This document shows, piece after piece, positions 37,331-51,611 of a stretch of DNA of 64,000 bases; position 1 is the first letter of the stretch; each line of letters opens with the position of its first letter. Under the pieces are notes generated by a model. It was not told where the DNA came from. It did no database searches and saw only the letters and a list, made by a program, of their open reading frames with translations. The stretch spans positions 62,808,001 to 62,872,000 of the forward strand of contig NW_024704742.1 of NCBI RefSeq assembly GCF_018977255.1, read 5' to 3'. The stretch is from Callorhinchus milii. Lineage: Eukaryota. The translations under genes were made by a program, and so were the position numbers.

Positions 37331-39124
37331 TGACTAATTTTATCCAGGACACCAGGAAAAACTCCCTTCCCTTTTTAAATAATTTCCATGGTCTTTTTGA
37401 GCTTACAGATTGGGCTGAACAGTGCTGGGGAGGTACCATCCTTTGTATGATATGTTAAACCAAGGTCCTGTCTGCCTGTTTAGGGTGAACATTGAAGATT
37501 TTTTTAAAAATGGGACTTTCCATGTATAGGTGGCATTCATGGAATTCTCAATCTGGTTCGGATGCTCTTAAGGACGGTGAAGCGTTTCTGCGTGTGTCAA
37601 AAAAAGATGTGGCCTTCGCCAGTCCCAGTGAACCTATGAAGGAAGTTTTCCAAGCTGCTGGTATTTGGATGATCAAAAAAAAAAGAGAAAAAGAAAAGAA
37701 GCGTGGACAAGTTTGCACAATAAAAACTTTGAGGATATTATGTTCCAGATTGACATTGTAACAGATGAAAGACAAGGAGAATTTTTTTGTGAAAGGGACA
37801 GGAGGAACAAAATTTGACAAAAAGAGGGAGAAAAGAAGAAAAAAGAGGAAAAATTAAATTCTAATCCACAGAAGAGTCTAAAATATCACTGAAGAAATTT
37901 CTAACACATTTTTTGAAGATCATAGATATAAATTCTAAAATGCACTTTTTCCTCCTGGTTTGGTTTGATGCTGTTAACTTGTCTGCTATTATTTTGAGTG
38001 TTATAACTCAGAAAGCAGGAAAGAAATCCTGTCTTATGTACCATGTGACAGCATTGTGTTTGAGGTCATCATCCATTTTATAGCTGCCAACTTGCAAGTT
38101 TATGGGTGGAAATTTTCTATCATTTCACTACATGTACTGCAAATCCTGTAAAGAACTTTTGAGATGTTTTATCACAATAAGGTGCTATATCAAATGCAAG
38201 AATTATTATTATTTTAATGGTTGTTTAATTTTTGAATTTTTGAAGGTTTTGAACAGAATAATGATACAGTAGCAACACATTTCTATTTATTGTGAGACAA
38301 TAATCAATTTATTTATCTCTAAACGAAAGCAGAAAAAGTATATTTAAAGTGTGACCTGCTTTACTATTTACCTTTCAATGTAATTCATTATCTTAAAGTT
38401 AAAGGATCATTTTTATATCAAAATAAAGTTTTTGCTTTAAATTATTGCATTTAATTTTGTATGACAAAAACATATTTTAATGGCTTATTGCTTGTTTATA
38501 TGTTTTGGCTAATAATATATAATACCACAATAGGTAATGCTCATTATGTTTATATTCATCCATAAAATATACAGTCAATTCACTTAACAGTATATTCTGT
38601 GAATCGCTTTGAGACTCTCAATGACGTGATAAGGTGCTATATCAAATTCAAGGAATATTATTACATCTCACTTTGTATTCATGTATATATTGTAAAAATT
38701 CAATTTTGAATATCTACACAAAATAGAAAAAGAAAAAGCATACTGGGATAACATAACCCTGTGCTACCACAGCTGTCAATCACAATAGTTCATAAATAAA
38801 TCTCAGCTGCAAATACAGGAAACGTGGGCTCTTTTTTAATAACCCATCATCCAACTTAGAGCATCAGGGGAAAGAGAAATATGAAACTGACATTCAAAAT
38901 CACATTGTTCTCAACAAGTTATGAAATCTCCAAAATAACAACTGGATCCAACTGAGAAATGGTCAGGACTGATGTGAAAACAAGAATCATACAATGTAAT
39001 GTGAGTGCCAGTTTTATACAATGTTACGCATCAATCAAATCAAAAATACATACCTTTCTTCACGTTGAAATGCAATTTTATTTAATTTAGTAACCAAGTT
39101 GGAGGTTCAAGATTCATAGTATAA

Positions 39125-39540
39125 AAGACCACCACCACCACCAACAACAACGTGCATTTATATAGCGCCCCTAACGCAGCGTTGCGTCCCAGAGCGTTTG
39201 TGAGTGGGGGAGCATGACACCGAGCTGGGGGGAGGGTGAGGTGATCGTAGGCACAGTCGAAGAAGAAGATGATGCCTTGGTCGAACCTGAAGCCTAGGTT
39301 GAGCCCCAGTCTGAGGGATAGGCTGGGGAGGTTGAGGAGGTCAGAGCTGCAGGACAGCAGACATTGATAGGAGCCAAGGAATATGGCTTTGGTCTTGTCA
39401 ACATTTAATTGTGAGAAGTTTGTGCTCATCCAGCCCTGATGTTTGCCAAGCAAGATGACAGAACATCGGTGGACTCTTGGAGTTGTAGCTGGAGGAAGAG
39501 AAGTAGATTTGTGTGTCATCTCTATACATTGGACCAGTAA
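39125..39540 (-). mobile_element. Internally deleted L2 fragment
   Basis: WMSTNFSQLNVDKTKAIFLG motif plus tail. Confidence 0.75.
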
Positions 39541-39674
39541 GAGCAGAAAGAATAGAAGAGAAAATGACACAAGTCAAGATATCTAAAGAGGAGTAATTGA
39601 CAGAGGTATAGGGAAAGGTCAGGAAAATGGATCTTAAAGGATTGCGCTTTAAAAGTGCTCTTTAAAAGACATGA

Positions 39675-39889
39675 TAATAATGCTTGCATTTGATATAGCG
39701 CATTATTACGTCATTGAGACATTTCGGAAAGTGATCTGCCAATCGACTAACAACCAAGTTCCTACTTAGTCCTAGATAAACAGGCATATGGAGTAAGGAA
39801 ACTTGCCTAAGTTTCGCCCGCCTGAGAATCAAACCCAGGTCCTCTCGCTTGCAAGGTGTGTGCGCTAGCCATTATGCTACAGGACTCCA
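39675..39889 (-). mobile_element. tRNA-SINE, internally deleted
   Basis: Head and tail present. Confidence 0.75.
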
Positions 39890-41504
39890 TGATGGGCCGA
39901 ATGGCCTTCTTTTGGGCTGTAAATTTCTATGGTTCTAAAATGATACCTTGGTAGGATTTCTTAATGGGATTCCTTAATCAGGAATGTTTTCCATTATCTT
40001 TTCCATCCCCCAGACTCCCATCCCCATCTTAGGTGTTAAGCGGTTAACTCAGAAGAGTTAAGCACTTTAATAATAGTAATAATCCTTGCATTTGTTCTTG
40101 CGCTTTTCACGTCTTCTAGACGTCCCAAAGCGCTTCTCAGAATATACTTTGCGATGTCCCACTAACCTGAAAGGAGCTATAAATATTAAAGTTATATTAT
40201 ACTGTAATTTGGGTGACACAAATAGATGGTCTGGGAGTAATTTTTGACAAACGTCAGGAATTCAGTTCTGTAGATTCTATTTCTGGAGTTTTTGTGTGGT
40301 AAAGTGAAAGGACTTCAAATAGGTTTGTTGCCCAACACTGAAAATTAGAGCCCGATAAGCATCTCGGTGCTTTGGCTTTAAGTCTGTAAATTAAAGGACG
40401 AAGAACAAAATGAAGGAGGTAAGCAGTGGCATAGTTTTGAGTGATGAACGAATTGGAATAGGAGACAGTGCGATGAATATTGATTATCTGCACAGTGAGG
40501 ATGCAGGGAGATGAAAGATTTTACAGGAAAGCATCTAACCTTGAGCAACAAGTCCCAGATTATCCATTTGAGCCGAAAGATCATTATACTCTGTTCCCCA
40601 GAGCGATTCCACTGTCCTTCAAGGATACTTTTAAAATGCCTTATAGACATTTTTGTTTGCTTGTTAGCTAGCGGCCTCGGGCAGTGAGGAAATCAAGCAG
40701 AACATAGCCGAGAGATAATGTTTTCCCTTTAGGTTTTCTGGTTCCCAAGGTAATAACTACAATTTAAAGATATTTTAAGATAACAGTACCACCATCAATT
40801 TTCACCTGTCCAAGAAAGCTCAGATGTAAGCCTTCTGAATTCCATTGTCACATTCATCCAAAGCGATATGTTCAGTTCACAAATGGGAGTTAATCCCATC
40901 CATTTAGCTCTTCTGGCTGAAGTCAAATCAGATCACCTGCTGCTGTTTGTCAATGTAGATACATCAGTAAAATTTAAACTGGATGTCATTTTACGAACAG
41001 TCACACATTCAAAACAAGTATCAAGAATGAACAGCTACCAATGCATTTACAAGTAGATATCTTGATGTTTAATAGCAATCAAGTATTTACTGATACCCTT
41101 TACAAACACATAAACTAGCAAATACAGTGCTCAGAACAATGGAATACGAGGCAACAAAGACCTGAAATCTACCTAGTCTTAGCCTTTAAGACCATTTGGT
41201 TTAAAGATTTAGCATTGCACAGAATTGCAGAAAATTTCATAAATAGTCTATTTAGAAGCTGGTTTCTTTTTAAGAACTGCAAATAAATGAGTTCCAAATT
41301 AAAACAATTTAAGATTTTTTCTGTTTTCAGTGCAATCTTAAATTTTAAGACAATAACATCTTACATGCAAAGATTAAGTGAAATTTCAGGACTTTGATTT
41401 CCAGAATTATCTAGCTTTGAGTTTTTAAATTCTTTCGTCTTTAATAAAATAATAATTTTATTTTTCTGTTGACAAACCATTGTTCATATATTTTTGCCAA
41501 TATA

Positions 41505-41800
41505 ATAATAATCCTGCATTTGATAGAGTGCCTTTTACATCATAAGGACATTACAAGCACTTCAAAAAATATACTGTAAAGTGTATTGTGTGGGTAAATG
41601 CAGAAGTCAATTTGCGCACAGCAATGTCCGTCAAACAACCATGAATGACCAATTTTATTTGGGGAATTGTTTGCCAATATATTGTCAGAAGCTCCTCTCT
41701 TTTTTCAAACAGTGCCATGGGATTTTTAACTTGCATTTGAACAGACAGATGGTGCATCAGTTTGATGTCTCATTGAATGATGACATCTCCGACAATGTGC
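41505..41800 (-). mobile_element. Deu-domain SINE remnant
   Basis: Reverse strand reads AAAAATCCCATGGCACTGTTTGAAAAAAGAG. Confidence 0.7.
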
Positions 41801-44334
41801 CAGCCTGGATGATGTGTCAGACACACAGCTGATCAAATAACTCTTTTCACACAGAAGGCGATTTGGACATGGAATGCTTCAACGTAAGTGACCCATTGAA
41901 AAAGTTAGGTCCTTGACATTATTTAAAAGTGAATTGGATATATAGTCGGAGAGAAACAATCTAAAAATCATGTGAAAAGAAAGTAAGAAATTAAGACTAG
42001 GTTTCTAGAAATAATGGAGTAACAAGTGCCAACCGCATGGTAATCCACATGGCCTCTTTCTGCACTTAAATTACTATAATAGCATTAGATGAGGATTGAC
42101 TTTAAGGTTGCATTAAATGTACTATAACATACCAGAAGATTGAAATATATATCTAGCAATCAATCTCCGTAAACAGATTCCTATCACTTTAATGGACAAG
42201 ATAAGTGCACATTGAAGAATTCATTGGGTGGAATTGTGTCTCCAGTGAAGCAGAATTCAGTGGATACTCAGATTCTGGTCATCTGCAATTCATGGATAGT
42301 CAGGCAGATGTTGTCTGAAGTTTTCAATGCTACAGGCACCAGATTCATATTAATAAGATGTAATCAAGAGATAAGGGACTGCCATAAGGGATCTAGACTA
42401 GTAGAAGTGAGAACCAGGTTGTTGAAAAACTAATCTGACAGGCTAGCAAAAAAATTTTCATGATGATATATTTATTCAGATGTTGTACAGTAAATGTATG
42501 GAATTTTACAAAAAAAGTGTTAAAAAAGGTGACAGTGTGTGAAATTAGATATTTTACCAATGTGGAAGGAGTAAAAACATACACATTGACACTGGCATTT
42601 ATCTTTGTTGGCTGCTATTGATTTTTGTCAGCAAAGACTGATAAGGTCATCAAATAAAAGTTGCTGGCAGGCTCATGATAGGTTTGGAGATGTTCTGAGA
42701 ATGAGTGGAACCAGATTTCTAAAAGGACACAGATGTTGTAGGCAAAGGCAAAGTATAGTGATATAATAAAACACCAATGGCACTCAGATAGTGACAAGAT
42801 TCAAATGACCATGCAAATAACCAACACAAGAGAGAATAGCATCTTGGCTGATGCTCAGTCACTATAGTATTTAATTAAAGCAAGTTAACACTTAAATCCT
42901 ATCTAAAAATAAGTCTGGACAGCAGCACACTGCTGTAAACGCCAATTGCATTGAGTTTACTGATTATTCCTCATTCTATGTGACAGAATATTTTTAAGTG
43001 GCTTCAGTACATGGGTTTCAGTGCATAGAAAATATCTGAGGATATATGAATAACAACCTGTAAGAACAGATCACTAATTGAAAATTACTTTGAATTTACA
43101 TGTGTGTTCTTTTACCAATGCCATCTATAATCTGGCCCGAGAAACGCAAAAAATGCAATTAGAATCTGAAGAATCTAAATTTACAATGATACTGACATCC
43201 TTTGAAATTAAAATCATCTATTTAATTTTCTGTGCACAATTGTTCCACCCTAGAGAACTGTGTTGAACTCAAACTCTAACTAGACAAATATATAAAAAAA
43301 TATAGGGGCAAATATAGCAACTATTTCTGAGAGTTTCTAAAGGGGTTGTAAATAGCGAATCCTCCGGTACTGTACCAGAACGTGTCTCAGACTGTCTCTA
43401 GAGAAGTTGGCTAAGAAACTGATTGATGCCAGTCTCCTGCCAGGAGCAAAAAGTTTCATTGAGCCGCACTGCGCAATGAACATCAAAATCGGGATCAGCA
43501 TCTGGGCAGCAAGCCAGCCTCTCTTGGGAAATGTTAATCTTCTGGGATCATCCCTAGCTCTATTCATCAACTGCCGCTTGTTAGCTTGGTACAATGATAA
43601 ATAAGAAACAATGACATTTGATGTACAGCCTTTCACGCTGTGATGATATCTCAAAATGTTTCACAGGGTTTAATCATAAAGTGTAGTGACTGCGTATTTG
43701 AGAAGCAAAAGCAGTAGTCAATCTGCGCACTTCTTGAAGTAAATGAATAATTGTATATTTAGGATCCTTCATCAACTATAAGGTTAGGCTTTGAAGCACG
43801 ATATGTACTTGAAACTGTGGCTAATTAAACCATCAGCTAGAGAGAGAAAAAATAACACAAATAAACAATAACTTGCATTTATATAGCACCCGTCAGGTAG
43901 CATAATGTCTCAGAGGGGAGTTAAAGTTATGGTGATGGTGCGCTGGACTATTTTTGATTTGCTATAAGTCATTCAGAGGTGGGATCGTGTTCATCTATGC
44001 ATGAATAAAACATTTATTTGTACTTTCCAGTGTAAAGGATTATTTGTGCCCACAAGCACCACTATCTCTTACACTCCTCACAGGGAAAGTGTTGATATCT
44101 GTAAAATGATAGGTGCAACCTCATTGAATACCATGTCAGGTGAGTGAATTCCTCTTATCAATGCAAATTATTCTCTGCACTATCTGTCCAGCTTCTATTG
44201 ACAGCAGCTATCCTCTTGATTCCAAAGTATTGGGGAGTTGGAAGAGTATACCATTTTACTTCTTTAACTGTTTTGCATACCACTAAACCTACCTCAAATT
44301 TTCTACCCCACCGTCCTTCAAATCAATAGTGGAC

Positions 44335-45175
44335 TGGGGTCTAAGCTGATCAGAGAGATCAGGAGGTGCCAGACATGAATTGATTTGAAAATGAGTGAGG
44401 ATCTTGAAATTGATCCGTTCCACAACATAGAGTGGGTGGAGCCTGGCAAGAATTGGGATGATGATGGGAGTGCGTAGCAATGACATGGCTGCCAGAATTT
44501 TGTGCCATCTCAATATTGTTTATAGTGGAGCTGGGGAGACTGGTGAGGAAAATCAAAGTGGGAGGTGACAAAAGCACAAATGAGAGTTTCAGCTGTGTTC
44601 AGCAAGGGTGAAGCAGATGATGTGGCTGAGGTGGAGGAAAGCAGTCCTGTTCAGGGACCAGATGTGGGGTAGGAGGGATAACTGGGGATTGAATCCAAGG
44701 TTGCGTACAGGTTCAGTGAGTCTGAGGGATATGCAGAGAAGACTAAGGAGTTCAGAAGCACAAGTGAAAAGATACTGATGGAGCCAAGGAGGATGACCAT
44801 CTTGTTATGCTTAGCTATGGAGAGTTGGTGCACATCCAGGCTTTGATGTCAGACAAGCAGGCAATCAGAACATCGGTCGGACTGGGTTTGCAACTAGAGG
44901 AGGAAAAATAGATTTGGGTGCCATCGGCATGCATGTGGAAGTTGACCCCATGCCTAACAATGATATTACCAAGAGGCAGCATGTAAATGAGAAAAAGGAG
45001 GGGGCTGAGAAAAAAGACTTGGAGTGCACCACACGTGATCATGCAGAGGCAGAAGGAGAATGCATTAGAGGAAACAAAATGGTGGTGTTGGGTCAACCAG
45101 GAGAGGACAGTCCTACTGAGGTGGATGATGGAGAAAATGCGGTCAAGGAGGATGCCATGGTCCAAATGGACCACT
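44335..45175 (-). mobile_element. Old L2 ORF2 fragment (RT core)
   Basis: DHGILLDRI...LSPLLFLIYMLPLGNII...FHMHADGTQIY (decayed YADD)...DIKAWM. Confidence 0.85.
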
Positions 45176-45189
45176 TGTAGTGCCGTTTT

Positions 45190-45980
45190 TTCCTACAGTT
45201 AAATGTGAACAAGACTGAGGCCCTCTTGATTGGCTCGCGCCAGCGCCTCTGCACCTCAGGCTCTGGCAGCATCAACCTCCATGGTTGCACACTACAACTC
45301 ACCAAGCCAGTCAGCAACCTAGGTGTCTGGTTCGACCCTCAACTGTCTTTTTTTCCCCACATCCAAGCCATGCTCTGCCTTCCCTCACCTCTGTAACACT
45401 GCCCAAATCCGCCACTACCTCACCCCTGCTTGTCAGCCTTCCCAACTCCTCCCTTCACAGGCTGCAGATAATCCAGAACTCTGCAGCCCTTGTCCTCTCC
45501 CGCACCAAATTCCGTGACCTTATCTCCCTCATTCTCGCCCGACTCCATTGGCTCCCTATCCTTCAGAGGATCCAGTTCAAGATCCTGGTCCTAACCTACA
45601 AAGCCTTCCATGGCCTCGTCCCACCCTACCTCTGCGACCTCCTAATCTCCTACCAACCCACCCGTTCCCTCTGCTCAGCCGGCTCCGGCCTGCTCCACGT
45701 CCCCCGACCCACCTGCCCGATGATTGGCGGGAGAGCCTTCAGCCACTCTGCCCCCAATCTCTGGAATTCCATCCCCCAGTCACTCTGCCTCGCCCCCGCC
45801 TGAGCCTTCTTCAGGTCCCGCCTCAAGACCCTCCTCTTCGACCATGCCATCGGCCACCCCCCTTCCCCTCTCCCCCCCTGACCCCAGCTCGGGTCTGAAA
45901 TGCTGTACATTGGCCAGCACCTTGGGACATCCTCCCAACGTGAAAGGCGCTATACAAATGTATCTTATTTGCTTGTTGTT
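45190..45980 (+). mobile_element. L2 LINE 3' ~790 bp
   Basis: NKTEALLIGS...LQIIQNSAA...LHWLPILQRIQFKIL...GGRAFSHSAPNLWNSIP, followed by the tail. Confidence 0.92.
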
Positions 45981-47074
45981 GTTTTTGTTTTAAGACACTA
46001 TATGAATTGTAAGGACTATATTGCATTTTGCCCACAAAAATACAGTTAATTCACTTTACAGTATTTTCTGTGAAGCGCTTTGAGATAACTTGAAGATGTG
46101 TTAAGGCACTAAAGCAAATGCAAAGCTTATTATTATTATAATTGTATTATATATTATTATGCAATGTAAAATAGAGTGAATGTATATTTTATGGGCAAGT
46201 GTGGTAGCCAATTCATTTACACCAATGTCCCACAAACATGAAGCCATGAAGTGGGATTTAAGGGATTGTTGGTCAGGACACAGGGAGCCAACTAATTCCT
46301 TTAATCTTAATACATTGACCTATGTCTTAAACCCATTCCTATGTTTGTACCTTTAACATAAGTGCAGTGGGTGAATCATCTGTAAGTGCACTACCTTCAT
46401 TCAATTCCTTTTACAATTTGCTCTCAACTATTAAATATGGACTACGGATCGCCTTTATGCAAGATTTTTTTGTTGAAAAGACCTTTTAGCTAAAGTTTGA
46501 AGAGCAGCTTTTAAATTGAAGGACAAAAGTACATCTGGTTTCGCACCACACTGTATAATATTAACAAAGAAAGCGAAAAATAAACAAGTTAAGAAATATG
46601 ACATTGACCTATTGAAATATGACTTCTGGGATCAAAGCAGAAAATGTTGGAAATACACAGCAGGTTTATCAGCTTCTAAAGGACAAATGCAAGCTAATGT
46701 GTTGAGAAGGTCATAGATGTAGAATCAATTCTGGTGTCAGGTGGAGTAAGACAGGTACTTAGGAAGTGAGGGTGCTTAGCAAAATAACAACAATAACGTG
46801 TATTTATATAGTGCCCAAGTAGGGTAGCTCCTTGGAGTGCCTAAGTATGCAGCAAATTGTGTGGAAATGGAAATTAGGAAGATAGAGGGTTAAAGATTGT
46901 GATCTGTTATGTGTTAACATCATTCTCGATTAACACCATGTTGAAACTTTTACCCAGATGATAGATAAAGAAATCAACTGTCCCCCTGCCTGCTCATTAT
47001 AAAGGATGCGCTTGAAGGTACAGTTAAAGGATGCTGAATGCATTGGACTAACAATTTAGTGGGACAATAAAAAT

Positions 47075-47444
47075 AATAATAATAACAATCATTGCATTTG
47101 ATATAGCGAGGGTTTCATGTCTCAAAGGGTTTCACAGAATATATGGTAAAATGAATTGACTGTATATTATGTGGGTGAAACATGGCAGCCAATTGTGCAC
47201 AGCAATATCCCACAAACTGTCGTGGATTGAGTGACCAAATTATTACTTATTTATTTTTGAAGGGATTATTACCCCTAGAAAAGCGATCGCCAATCGACTA
47301 ACAACCGGGTTCCTACTTACTGCTGAGTAAACAGAGGCGTGTGGAGCAAGAAAACTTTCCAAACATTTCACCCTGCCAGGATTCAAACCTGTGTCCCCTC
47401 ACTTGCGAGGCGAGTACTCTACCGGTTAAGCTACAGGACTCCAC
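47075..47444 (-). mobile_element. Full-length tRNA-SINE (long form)
   Basis: Head, central segment and tail. Confidence 0.88.
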
Positions 47445-50400
47445 AGGATAGCAGTTTAACTCAACAAACAAAATCAGAATAAAAACAATATCCCACTAAC
47501 CATTACTCCACCAAGTGCATTATTCATTCCATTTGATGTTTTAGAAATTTGCTAATTGCACATTTTTCATCAAGAAATGCTGCAAATTAGACCCCCACTG
47601 TGCCATTAGAATGAACGTTCTGTCCCCTTACTTGTCTGAATCATTTGAAATGCCATCAGTTCATTTCCTCAGGAACAATATTAAAATGTCAGTTCTTCAC
47701 TTTACTGGATTCATAAGGAATGGTAAATATCCTCAGGCATGCCTTGGATAATCACAGTTACGCTGCCATCACAGTGATGGCCAGGCCGAGCAAATCTACA
47801 ATATTATTACAAGGCTGTCCAGTTGCAATTATTTATAACTGGTAACTGATTGGAGACAATTTGAGGCAATGGAGACTCCCAGTACAGAACCAATGTTCAG
47901 CTGTTAGCTCTTCCCATGGAGGCTGATAACTATCCCTCTAGGCCACGTGCAGTTAAGAGTGTTGAATTCAGGCTGCAGATATTTTAATATCCCAATGGAT
48001 TTTTTTTCTTAGCTTTCCTTCAGCTTAGCAGAACTTGAGCTGCCTTCATTAAGTGCATTCCGATGGGTTGGGGATCTGGCATGCTAAGTGGATAAAAACT
48101 TTTGCATTTATACTACAAAATACTCTCAAGTCATTTGAATAGCTTAGGGAACAACACTAGATTGACCAGAAAGACTTTTACAAATATTTCTATTTCCATC
48201 ATCTCGCATCCCAAAAGACTAACAGTGGCAAGTTAACTCACTTCCATCCACTTTTTGAAACTAGAGTGAAAAAATAACAGCTAGCACTAAAACCTTATTC
48301 CCCATGTGTGTAATGTAAGTTTTTAAATAAAATTCTTGAGGAAACAAATAAAGACTTACTTTAACTAATCTGACCTTGGATGGTTTTGGGGTTCAGGAGA
48401 ATTGGGAATTATCATGTCTTGCTGTGCATTTAGTTTCGATGTATATTAGGATAATAAAGGGACCATTTAAAAGCAAGAAAACCTTCACTGGATTTACTAC
48501 AGACCATACTGAGTTCACGTTCAGTGTTTCTTTACTCGATATACGTCTGAATACATGCAGAGAGACAGCTAAAAAGCTACTTCTCCTCTAGCAATGCCCC
48601 AGGATCCAGTCCTTTGGAGATACACTTGAAACTAAATTGAGTAACTTATTCACAGCCATAATTCCAAGACTCAGCCATATGTTTATAAACCTTCTTCTGG
48701 GAAGCCTTGAAGAGTACACAAGGAAATGGTTTAGCTTCATGGTGTGAACGCTCTTGTGAAGATCACAAAAGAAGTTTGATAGAAAAGTCTTGCGGTCTAC
48801 TTGATCTCATCCTTCCAGAATACTGAACCTGCCTTCCTCCTGTAACAGCATCACACCATTTTATAAATGAGATCAGAATTTTAGCTTGAGCTATCCTTCC
48901 TGGAAACCCATTCCCTCTGTGTAAAACAATACTTCCTGGTGTGTATCCTGAAATTGCTCTTCGCAACCCCAGACCTGTGAACTTTTGACTCAGTACCCAG
49001 GTGTTTCACAATGTTTTATCTTCTCTGGGTTTTTCTTTACTCTTTCAATAAGAACTTATATATTTATATATGTTCACCTCTGAGGCATCTCATTTCGAGA
49101 CTGAAGAGCCCCAGTCCACCTAGTTGTTAATCATAGGTTATCTCTTGTCTACCTGGTATCAGACTATGTCTTCTCTTTAGAAACAGACACAGGCTCTTAA
49201 CAGTGATATTACCCTTCGATTAAGACACACAATTATGGTAAAGTCCTGTGTCTAGGCTGACACGTTAGTGCAAAATTGAGTTGAGTGCTATTGGATACTT
49301 TAAGAGTAAATTGATAAGAATCCTCCAGACATTTTGACAATTCACTTTATAGCTGATTGAAGGATCATTGCAGGCACAAATGACTAAATCCTACAAAAGC
49401 AATCACTACACTTGACAGTTATTATTGCAAAGCACTTAAACACAGTTATTTTAAGGCAATAAGGTGCAATGAAAATGCAAGTTCTTTACTCTTTCTTAAT
49501 TACCTCCAAGGTCATTGCAGAACAGGGAAAGCAAATACGGAAAAAAACAGTTTTAGGTGTTCTTTCAGGTCTGAAAAACTTAAAGTCAAAAGGACCGCTG
49601 TCACATCACTCCCTTTGCATACATGCAGGAAATGTACTTATGCTGTTTCCTGAAAAATGGCCACCACCAACGCTTCCTATGCACTGTGTATGCACACTGG
49701 CTTCCTGTCCGATAAAAATAGCTGCCTTCCAAGTCATCAAGCCACTTCCTGCATGCTGACCATGCACGCTATGCATAAATGCTTCCTGTACATATGTAAA
49801 GTGCAGGAAGTGACATGACAATCTGCCACCCTGGAAGTCAGACATATATTTTAGCGTACTTGGAGTCAGCTGATCTGTGCTCCAACACCACTCAGTGCGT
49901 AGGAAGCCATTGTTCAGGAAATAATGTAAGCTGTCTTTGGGATGTGGAGGGTCTTATAACAGTGTTCTAGTGTAATAAGGTTAACGAAAGAAACTGAACT
50001 ATATGATAGCAATGTGGTCTATCTACCTTTGGTTCTGCAGTGTTAAAAACTAAATGACAACATCCCACTAAATATTTAATGGCCAAGACATTTTATCAAT
50101 TCTAATCATGTTATGAGAAAGTGAGGCATCCCATGTGTATATACCCTTTACATCCTCCTGAGTTTGCAGCGTATGCAAACATACCAATTACATCGCCTAG
50201 ATACTAAGCAAGCAAAATCATTCTCATTTTAAGTCAATTTGTCTTTGGACCTCATAGATAGGGCAAACCTGCAGGCCCACTTTTCATTGCCAGGTTTAAA
50301 TAAACTACTGAATGCATCTTATAAATGTAATTTATTGAGACACATAAAACATTTTATTAAACAATAAAACTAGCCGGTATATCATGTCGCCAAATTAAGT

Positions 50401-50826
50401 CTGAATTTAGGAATTGTTCAGATTTCTGCATGATCAGTTACCTTTATAAGCGTCCAATTGAACTTTGTTTTTGCATTGGAGGAAAGATTGATAGGGAATA
50501 TGTTCCATATCTTTAAAATGCTGGAAAAAATAATATAGTAAAGGGGGAAATATGAATGTACTATTTGGTTTAAGACAATGAACACAGAACTAAAGGATAT
50601 AATACAATAGTTTTAAAATGAACAGGCCTGAAACAAGACTAGACAATTGATTCTGTGACCATGTTGAGAAAAAGACCCTCCCCTCTAATAAAAGCAGTTT
50701 TTGCCTGGAAAAAGCATTGGAGATGACAGTGCTAGATGTAGGTTGAGGTGACAAATGTTTCAGTGGACCTTGGGATTTCTGTATAGTTTGCCTTGATGGA
50801 GAAACGATGGTGGTGGTGGGTGGAGT

Positions 50827-51092
50827 AATAATAATAATAATAATCCTTGCATTTGATACAGCTTCTTATCACATTGTTGAGATGTCTCAAAGCGCTTCAC
50901 AGAATATACTGTAAAGTGAATTGAATGTATATTTTGTCTGTGAAATGAGGCAGCCAATTGCGCACAGCAGTGTCCCACAAACAGTCATGGATTGAGTGAC
51001 CAATTTTTCTTAAGGGATTATTACCCCGGGAAAGTGATCCGCCAATCGACCAACGACCACTGCCTCCCACTGACTGCTAGGTAAATAGAGGC
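50827..51092 (-). mobile_element. 5'-truncated tRNA-SINE (long form)
   Basis: Similarity to the 47075 copy. Confidence 0.82.
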
Positions 51093-51611
51093 TGTATGTA
51101 TCTCAGTACTTATTTTATTCTAAGTTATTCAGTTATACAGAGTGAGCCAGCAAATACACAATGTGCTGAATGGCCTTCTTTTGTGCTATAAATGCTTAGG
51201 TTTCTATGAGTCAGAGTTAAGCAGCACCTTTTCTACATTGCTCTGAGCTTTTTAATATAGATTTTTCACACAGTATCACATAAATGTTGCAGCCGGATTT
51301 ATCATGGAACTATCCACTTCAACTCCACTCTGCTACTTATTCTCCATACCTTTAGAATTTTTCTTGTTTGAGACATTGCATTTCTCAGTCTATCCCTCCT
51401 TGGAGGTGGGGGTAGGGCATGAGAAGAGAGTGGGGAAAATAAGTGGGATCTCCTTGAAGCTGAACTAACAACAAAATGGCACACCTTGCATTGAAATATT
51501 GGAATCGAGTCAACCCTCTGTGGTAGTCTTGGTAGTCCAGTTCTTGAGGCAGGCAGGTTCGCAGTACTCCAGGGCACTGCTGATGACAAGCGAGCTCATT
51601 AGTGAGACATG

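Noticed and set aside
44335..45980. Back-to-back L2 pieces as one inverted element
   Set aside because: The two pieces overlap in L2 coordinates and differ clearly in decay, so they are more likely independent insertions.
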